Source: a virus
Lineage: Duplodnaviria; Heunggongvirae; Uroviricota; Caudoviricetes
Direction: 5' to 3' (one strand)
Length of the DNA: 44,188 nucleotides
IMG/VR virus record: IMGVR_UViG_2541047701_000003
The notes under the pieces are model-generated. The model saw only the letters and a program-made list of their open reading frames with translations. It made no database searches and was not told where the DNA came from. Positions 38,101 to 44,188 of the stretch are shown piece by piece (position 1 is the first letter of the stretch; each line of letters starts with the position of its first letter). Position numbers and translations under genes: made by a program.

Positions 38101-39299
38101 TGGCTCTGAACCTTGATTCTCTCGGTTTATCTGCAAAGGTAACTGCGGAGGGGATCAGTGCGCCTGATTATCAGACGATACTCAGCACCCTGATTAGCTA
38201 TTTTCAGCAGATTTATGGCAGTGATGCCTACCTCGAACCGGACAGCAAAGACGGCCAGATGGTGGCTCTGATGGCGCTGGCGATTCATGATGCCAATAAT
38301 ATGGCGATAACTGTCTACAACTGTTTTTCACCGGCAACCGGCTATGGGGCTGCACTGACCAGTAACGTGAAAATAAATGGTATTTCACGTAAAGGCGCGA
38401 CGAACTCTACGGTTGATTTGCTTCTTACAGGAGCTGCCGGAACAACCATCATTAATGGCAGCGTGAAAGACAGTAATAATGTGATATGGCGTTTGCCTGC
38501 TTCAGTGGTGGTCGGCGTGGATGGTACAGTGATGGCGACCGCAACATGTTCCGTCAGTGGTGCAGTGGCGGCGCTGGCTGGAACTATCACTGAAATTAAT
38601 ACGCCAACCCGTGGCTGGGTTTCGGTAACTAATCCTGCTGTGGCTACTGTGGGCACTCCGGCAGAAACTGACGCGGAGTTACGTATCCGCCAGTCGCAAA
38701 GTGTTGCGTTGCCATCAATAACCCCATTTGAAGCACTGGATGGTGCTGTTTCTAATGTTACCGGTGTAACCCGCCACAAACTCTATGAAAACGATACTGG
38801 TTCGGAGGACGGTAACGGGTTACCGCCACACTCTGTTGCTGTAATTGTGGATGGCGGTGATGTGACGGATATTGCTCAGGCTATCAGAGGAAATAAAGGC
38901 CAGGGGACAGCCACTCACGGTACAACATCCGTTACAGTTCCGGATAAATACGGCAATCCCCATGTAATCAAATTCTCGCGTTCCAGTGATGTGCCTGTTT
39001 ATGCCCGGATCAAATTAAAAGTTTTTACGGGTTATACCTCACAGATAGGGCAGCAGATCCAGCAGGCTATTTCCGACTATATCAATAGTCTGATGATTGG
39101 TGATTCGGTCCTTTTAAGTCGCATTTACTCACCGGCGAATCTTGGCGTGGTGAGTGGCGGGAATGCACGCTATTACGATATTCAGGAACTGACGATTGGG
39201 AAATCCCCGGGGGCTTTGTCGTCATCAAACATTGATATCAGATACAACGAATCTGCGTCCTGTACCCCGGAAAATATCGTTATAACGGTGGAGTCATGA
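38100..39299 (+). CDS. Putative baseplate wedge protein (J-like)
   Basis: 399 aa, coupled, position typical. Confidence 0.45.
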   Translation: MALNLDSLGLSAKVTAEGISAPDYQTILSTLISYFQQIYGSDAYLEPDSKDGQMVALMALAIHDANNMAITVYNCFSPATGYGAALTSNVKINGISRKGATNSTVDLLLTGAAGTTIINGSVKDSNNVIWRLPASVVVGVDGTVMATATCSVSGAVAALAGTITEINTPTRGWVSVTNPAVATVGTPAETDAELRIRQSQSVALPSITPFEALDGAVSNVTGVTRHKLYENDTGSEDGNGLPPHSVAVIVDGGDVTDIAQAIRGNKGQGTATHGTTSVTVPDKYGNPHVIKFSRSSDVPVYARIKLKVFTGYTSQIGQQIQQAISDYINSLMIGDSVLLSRIYSPANLGVVSGGNARYYDIQELTIGKSPGALSSSNIDIRYNESASCTPENIVITVES

Positions 39300-39976
39300 G
39301 CAAATACACCGAACTGATCACGAACTACCACGCCACCAAACCTAAATTTCTTGCACATGTTGATCTGATGACCCGGCCGCTTATTGATGTTGCGGCTGCC
39401 ACCAGAGGGCTGATTACTGCATTTGATATTGACTCTGCGGTTGGTGTGCAACTTGACATTCTTGGATTGTGGATCGGACGTAGCCGTGTTGTCAGCCAGC
39501 CTATCTCAGGTGTCTATTTCAGCTGGGATACCGACGGGCTTGGATATGATCAGGGTGTATGGCAGGGGCCATACGATCCTGATTCCGGATACATGTACCT
39601 CAGCGATGAAACTTATCGTGTCATCCTTAAAGCGAAGATTGCGATTAATAACTGGGACGGACGGAATGATTCGCTTCCGGCAATTCTTGACGCGGCGACA
39701 GCAGGATCCGGACTGCGAATGCAGATAGTCGATAACCAGGACATGACGATATCGGTCTGGCTCTTTCCTGATACTGATATTTCAGATGTATCGCGTGAGT
39801 TAATTGCTGCAATTAAACAGGGATATCTCACAGTAAAAGCCGCCGGGGTTTGGGCGGGTGGCATTGAAACACCTTCGGTGGAAACTCCATCGGAAGGTTC
39901 AAAATTTTTTGGTTTTGATATGGATAACGAATTCATCAGTGGTTTTGATGTAGGGGCATGGGGAGTATTACTCTGA
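39296..39976 (+). CDS. Putative baseplate/tail fibre attachment protein
   Basis: 226 aa, coupled. Confidence 0.4.
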   Translation: MSKYTELITNYHATKPKFLAHVDLMTRPLIDVAAATRGLITAFDIDSAVGVQLDILGLWIGRSRVVSQPISGVYFSWDTDGLGYDQGVWQGPYDPDSGYMYLSDETYRVILKAKIAINNWDGRNDSLPAILDAATAGSGLRMQIVDNQDMTISVWLFPDTDISDVSRELIAAIKQGYLTVKAAGVWAGGIETPSVETPSEGSKFFGFDMDNEFISGFDVGAWGVLL

Positions 39977-42399
39977 TGGCGAAAAATGACTTTAAAGCGT
40001 TTGCAACTGATCGGAATGCCAATGTTATGTCGCAGGAGGAATGGGAAGCGTTGCCTGCGCTTTTATCCGGATTTACAGCAGGGAAAGCATCCAGTGCGCA
40101 GGTGAACAAAGCCATTCGACAGGCCAGCTTTATTGCTGCAGCTCTGGCCCAGTTTGTAAGTGACAAAACGCAACGGGATGTGCTTGATAATGGTGATCTG
40201 CCCGGTTTTGTTGAATTGCTTGGATCGGGGTTTGCTGTTGAATACCTGAGTCGCAAGAATCCGTTTGGTGATATCAAATCGGACGGCACGGTAGAACGCG
40301 CTCTTGAAAATCTGGGGTTACAGGATGTAAAAGCTGGTTCATTGAACAATCTGTACACTAACCATTCCCGTAGTGTCTTAATGGAATTGCCGTTATTATT
40401 CCCGGACTACGATACGGTGCTGGCTGCTCAGTCTGGTGCGGAATATATGTATCCACAGGGATTTGTGGTGACAGGAGAAAAAATCTATCTGAGTTATACC
40501 GTTGAGCCAAAGCAGACACGGAACGTTATAGTTCAGTACACAACATCCGGCGAATATGAGGGATATTATTATGTCGATAATGGAGGTCGTGGCGTTGTCA
40601 GCGAAGGCCTTGTGGTGACAACGGATTACGGTGGATTACGTTTGTTCATGTCAGGAGAAAATGGATTACTGAAACAGTTTTCGCTTGATGGGGCAATTTC
40701 TGGTTCAGTATTGCCGTTAATTGATGAACATGATGTCGGTGTTTACAACCAGTTCAGCTATCGTAAAAACCGCTGGGTGGTTGAACAGTCAGCGCCGGAA
40801 GTGGGAGGCCTGATCACCCGCACAGTATTTGCGGTGTATGATTTTCAGTTTCGTCGGACAGGGACATTCACATTACCGTTGCATGATTCCGGATATATCA
40901 CGGAAAGCACAGACAGCTATGCAAGACGCTTCACAAAACGTCAGGGAATTGCTGTGGGAGACGATTATATTGCCTGTTCTTATGGTGGCTATTTTAATAC
41001 CGGGGCATCAGCCGGATTTAACCAGTTTCAGGGGGTTAAGGTCTTTTCTCCGGATGGAGTAAAGCAGCAGGAATCCATTCTTCATCCCCAAAAAATGATA
41101 GATGTGCTTACCAGGCAGGGTTTTACACCTTCGCGCATTGAGAACGAAGGAATTTGTATTTCTGACGACGGCGGCAGTATATATTCGCTTTATATCTTTC
41201 TGGAGCGTGGGTTACCACAGGCTTATCAGAAAGGAATTGTTCTGATGAAAGAGTTCAGTACTGGCAGAGATGCTATTGATTTTCGTCAGGCAGCCTGGTT
41301 GTACACGGGGTTTGATGTGTCTCATGCCAGTATTGGAACATTTCCCCGTAGTGCCCAGGGGTTGGTAAACCCGGTGTTGGGGACGGTATTCACATCCCTG
41401 TCTGAAATTCTGGCATATATGCGTTCTGTGAGTCAGAAATGGTTTTGTCTGCATACAACCACGACACCGATTAAAGATCTGAGTGGAAATGACATTCCTG
41501 CTGACAATTATGTGTTCATCAAGAATGCTAATAACCAGACATTCTATATAACGCAGGAGTCAGCTGAAGGTGGAATAAAATATAAAGCTGTCACTACAGA
41601 CAGCGGAGAATATGGTTTTCAGCGACAAAGAGAGGCAATCTGGTCCAATGTTATCACCATCGCACAAAAGAGCGATGGTGAGGATCAGTTTAATCGTATT
41701 ATCGCTGCCTCGAAAAGTGGTTCAGGTAAAAATCAGGATAAAATACTGGTAGTTGACCAACAGGCATCAGAGGGGAATAACACGCTGGTAATTGGCGGTG
41801 GTTCATCTGTGTTCAGGTCAGCGACAGTGATTGATTTTGCAACGAATCAGGATGCAAATGCCACAGGAGGAGAAAAGAGATGGCGCATAGATTCATCAGG
41901 AAATCTCCGCCCTTATACAGATAATACGTATTCGATCGGTTATGCCTCATGGCGACCCGCACAGGTTTATTCAGCTACGGGAAGTATCAGTACATCAGAC
42001 CGGACTCATAAACAGGACGAAACAATTCTGTCGGATGCAGAAAAAAGGGTTGCCAGAAAGCTGCTCGGGTATATCTGTCGGTTCCGTTTCAGGGATGCAG
42101 TGTCCAGCAAAGGGAACGCAGCCAGATGGCATGTAGGAGTGATTGCTCAGGACGTACAGAAGGTCTTCTCTGAGGAAGGGCTGGACGCTTTTGATTACGG
42201 TATTTTGTGTCGTGATGAATATCCGGCGGAATATGAAGTGGTTTACGGGACTCGTATGGAGCTTGGTCCTGACGGACTCCTTACAATGGAAGAATACGAT
42301 ACCGGAGAGCGCAAGCTGGTCAGGGAGGCTGGTGAAATAATGTCTGTAAGGAATGATGAGCTGCATTATTTCATGCTGGCATCGCTGTCTGGCCAGTGA
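39958..42399 (+). CDS. Tail fibre/tailspike with C-terminal intramolecular chaperone (peptidase S74-like) domain; alternative start at 39976
   Basis: 813 aa; C-terminus ...DRTHKQDETILSDAEKRVARKLLGYICRFRFRDAVS...WHVGVIAQDV... resembles self-cleaving chaperone domains of endosialidase-type fibres. Confidence 0.7.
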   Translation: MGSITLMAKNDFKAFATDRNANVMSQEEWEALPALLSGFTAGKASSAQVNKAIRQASFIAAALAQFVSDKTQRDVLDNGDLPGFVELLGSGFAVEYLSRKNPFGDIKSDGTVERALENLGLQDVKAGSLNNLYTNHSRSVLMELPLLFPDYDTVLAAQSGAEYMYPQGFVVTGEKIYLSYTVEPKQTRNVIVQYTTSGEYEGYYYVDNGGRGVVSEGLVVTTDYGGLRLFMSGENGLLKQFSLDGAISGSVLPLIDEHDVGVYNQFSYRKNRWVVEQSAPEVGGLITRTVFAVYDFQFRRTGTFTLPLHDSGYITESTDSYARRFTKRQGIAVGDDYIACSYGGYFNTGASAGFNQFQGVKVFSPDGVKQQESILHPQKMIDVLTRQGFTPSRIENEGICISDDGGSIYSLYIFLERGLPQAYQKGIVLMKEFSTGRDAIDFRQAAWLYTGFDVSHASIGTFPRSAQGLVNPVLGTVFTSLSEILAYMRSVSQKWFCLHTTTTPIKDLSGNDIPADNYVFIKNANNQTFYITQESAEGGIKYKAVTTDSGEYGFQRQREAIWSNVITIAQKSDGEDQFNRIIAASKSGSGKNQDKILVVDQQASEGNNTLVIGGGSSVFRSATVIDFATNQDANATGGEKRWRIDSSGNLRPYTDNTYSIGYASWRPAQVYSATGSISTSDRTHKQDETILSDAEKRVARKLLGYICRFRFRDAVSSKGNAARWHVGVIAQDVQKVFSEEGLDAFDYGILCRDEYPAEYEVVYGTRMELGPDGLLTMEEYDTGERKLVREAGEIMSVRNDELHYFMLASLSGQ

Positions 42400-42438
42400 A
42401 TAATATTAATGTAAGGAGCGATATAAGCTCCTTACATC

Positions 42439-42618
42439 ATGCATTTTATGCTGCGATTATGCGTTCTCCTGTTGTTTGTTGCTGAGAGTGAAACACCGGA
42501 AACATACTGGTGGATTGAAATGTTCTGTGTGGCAGCGTATGAATATGTCGTGGTAGGGTGGATAAAAAATGCCCGTGATGATCCGGGCAACATAGCAGTA
42601 TGCATTTTTCTATTGTGA
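42439..42618 (+). CDS. Possible small secreted/membrane peptide
   Basis: 59-aa ORF MHFMLRLCVLLLFVAESE...; start sits in a hairpin containing AAGGAG; weak support. Confidence 0.2.
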   Translation: MHFMLRLCVLLLFVAESETPETYWWIEMFCVAAYEYVVVGWIKNARDDPGNIAVCIFLL

Positions 42619-42951
42619 ACTGATGCATTATACAAGTAATGCTGTTATTGAGGAAAGTTTAAAGAAGCGGCTCTTCTCCGCCTGTAAAGTTTGGTCATTA
42701 TTGCTTTATATATAAGTTCCACCAGTAGGCGATCATCTATGATGTTGGCGTATCGACTTTGTATAAGAAGTTTCCAGTCGGAGATAAATGAAACCGTAGC
42801 ACGTCGTATGCAAGAACGTGCCACGGCTGGCTGATGGACGTTCGATAGCGCGAGTTTGAATGAAAATCAGCCGGAGGTGATTTTACATAATTGTTGCGGA
42901 ATCATTCAATATAGGGATTGCTTATTTCTGCCTGGATTGGTCTGAAATAGT

Positions 42952-42980
42952 CCCGAAATTTTCTCTAAAAAACTCGAAAA
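42952..42980. promoter_or_regulatory. Candidate integrase arm-type sites (right arm)
   Basis: cccgaaatt and actcgaaaa, matching motifs next to attL. Confidence 0.3.
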
Positions 42981-43095
42981 AAATGGTAACTAATTGAATG
43001 CATTAATATGCAATGGTACGTGTTTGGGATTAAAAGATGAGCGTGATTTTGTTTAACACATTAATTTAAAAAGGGTTTCTTGTTTGTTGACGAAA

Positions 43096-43121
43096 ACAGG
43101 AATCGTGTTCGGTCTCTTTTT
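43096..43121. repeat. attR core (direct repeat, displaced copy of sdsR 3' end)
   Basis: acaggaatcgtgttcggtctcttttt matches 577..602 at 24 of 26 positions. Confidence 0.6.
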
Positions 43122-43255
43122 ATCTGTTAAAAGCCAGAAGCATTCCCTTCGCTGACTTTATAGTCAACCATAACACACACTCTACTGTCTGAGTCCAGCG
43201 TTTTTTAACATTCTTGTTAAGATTATGTGATCTTTAGCGCGGGAGGAAAATATTG

Positions 43256-43912
43256 ATGAAACAGCCTGCGCCCGTTTATCAGAGAATTGCGGGTCATCAA
43301 TGGCGACATATCTGGCTTTCAGGCGATATACACGGTTGTCTTGAGCAGTTGCGCCGCAAATTATGGCATTGTCGTTTTGATCCGTGGCGAGATTTACTTA
43401 TCTCAGTGGGAGACGTTATCGATCGTGGGCCGCAAAGTTTACGTTGCCTGCAGTTACTGGAACAACATTGGGTTCGTGCGGTAAGAGGCAATCATGAACA
43501 GATGGCGATGGATGCGCTGGCATCCCGGCAGATGTCTTTATGGTTGATAAATGGCGGCGACTGGTTTATTGCGCTGGCAGATAATCAACAGAAACAAGCG
43601 AAAACGGCGCTGGAAAAATGTCAGCATTTGCCCTTTATTCTTGAATTACACAGTCGCACCGGCAAACATGTTATTGCTCATGCCGATTATCCAGATGATG
43701 TCTATGAATGGCAAAAGGACGTCGATTTGCATCAGGTCTTGTGGAGCCGCTCGCGATTAGGTGAACGCCAAAAAGGGCAGGGAATTGCAGGTGCTGATCA
43801 TTTCTGGTTTGGTCATACACCTTTGCGCCATCGCGTGGATATTGGCAACCTGCATTATATTGATACCGGTGCTGTCTTTGGGGGAGAACTGACTCTTGTG
43901 CAATTGCAATAA
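43256..43912 (+). CDS. pphA: Serine/threonine protein phosphatase 1 (PrpA/PphA)
   Basis: 218 aa MKQPAPVYQRIAGHQWRHIWLSGDIHGC...; metallophosphatase motifs GDxHG, GDxxDRG, GNHE; GGGAGG SD. Confidence 0.85.
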   Translation: MKQPAPVYQRIAGHQWRHIWLSGDIHGCLEQLRRKLWHCRFDPWRDLLISVGDVIDRGPQSLRCLQLLEQHWVRAVRGNHEQMAMDALASRQMSLWLINGGDWFIALADNQQKQAKTALEKCQHLPFILELHSRTGKHVIAHADYPDDVYEWQKDVDLHQVLWSRSRLGERQKGQGIAGADHFWFGHTPLRHRVDIGNLHYIDTGAVFGGELTLVQLQ

Positions 43913-44104
43913 TTAAAAATCACCGTATTCCTGTGCAGGTCGCCAGAAACCATCTATAAAATCCTCAATCGGAAAACAACCGCCATGGCGGATCCGTTGA
44001 TCGCTCATAGAATAAAGACACTGCTGTTCCGTGTTGTAGACATCCACAACAATATCTTCACAACCGCCATCCAGGTAGCAAACAAAAAGTACCAGCGCGA
44101 ACAT
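43913..44104 (-). CDS. yebW: YebW-like small protein (ORF remains open to window edge)
   Basis: 63 aa from internal Met (MFALVLFVCYLDGGCEDIVVDVYNTEQQCLY...); convergent with pphA as I recall for yebW. Confidence 0.55.
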   Translation of the reverse strand: MFALVLFVCYLDGGCEDIVVDVYNTEQQCLYSMSDQRIRHGGCFPIEDFIDGFWRPAQEYGDF

Positions 44105-44188
44105 TTCATCCCCGAAGTGTGGTGCCGTACCGTTAAGTTTAGGAGAGATTTTACAACGGGGGAATAACCAGGACAAATAACCCGCCAT

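Larger units (their letters stand above)
577..43121. mobile_element. Integrated mosaic prophage (Rac-like early region, lambda-like lysis genes, contractile-tail structural module), about 42.5 kb
   Basis: Bounded by att direct repeats; integrase and excisionase at left end, full complement of recombination, immunity, replication, lysis, packaging, head and tail genes; host genes yebY and pphA outside. Confidence 0.75.

Noticed and set aside
1-44188. CRISPR arrays, rRNA genes, IS elements or transposase genes
   Set aside because: No regularly spaced direct repeats with unique spacers, no rRNA-like conserved stretches, and no transposase-like ORFs or terminal inverted repeats were seen; the only mobile element is the prophage.

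Overview
The window is an Escherichia-type chromosomal segment interrupted by a roughly 42.5-kb mosaic prophage. Host genes flank it: a YebY-like gene (1..342) and the sRNA gene sdsR/ryeB (about 500..602) on the left, and pphA (43256..43912) plus a convergent yebW-like gene on the right. The prophage lies between imperfect 26-bp direct repeats (577..602 and 43096..43121) that coincide with the 3' terminator hairpin of sdsR, so it appears to have integrated into that sRNA gene. Reading left to right: integrase and excisionase; a Rac-like early-left operon (small YdaC-like gene, Lar, RecT/Red-beta-like annealing protein, RecE, RacC-like, YdaE-like, KilR); an immunity region with an XRE repressor, Cro-like and YdaT-like genes; replication initiator with internal iterons and a DnaC-like loader; a run of small nin-like genes; a hok/mok type I toxin locus; Q-like antiterminator with pR'/tR'; cargo genes; lambda-like lysis cassette (dual-start holin, near-lambda R endolysin, Rz/Rz1); terminase, portal, head genes; a contractile-tail module (sheath, tube, frameshifted chaperone, tape measure, baseplate) and a tail fiber with a C-terminal self-cleaving chaperone domain. 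No rRNA, tRNA, CRISPR array or IS element was recognised. All assignments come from reading the ORF translations, motifs and DNA signals against remembered family features; no database search was possible, so names are hypotheses of varying strength. The most interesting candidates for undescribed biology are three cargo loci: an AT-rich two-gene moron inside the tail/baseplate operon (36040..36772), a convergent overlapping small-gene pair at the rexAB-equivalent position beside the repressor (8032..8410), and the terminator-punctuated cargo between Q and the holin (17809..19052). I could not identify a multi-gene system with recognisable enzymatic domains.
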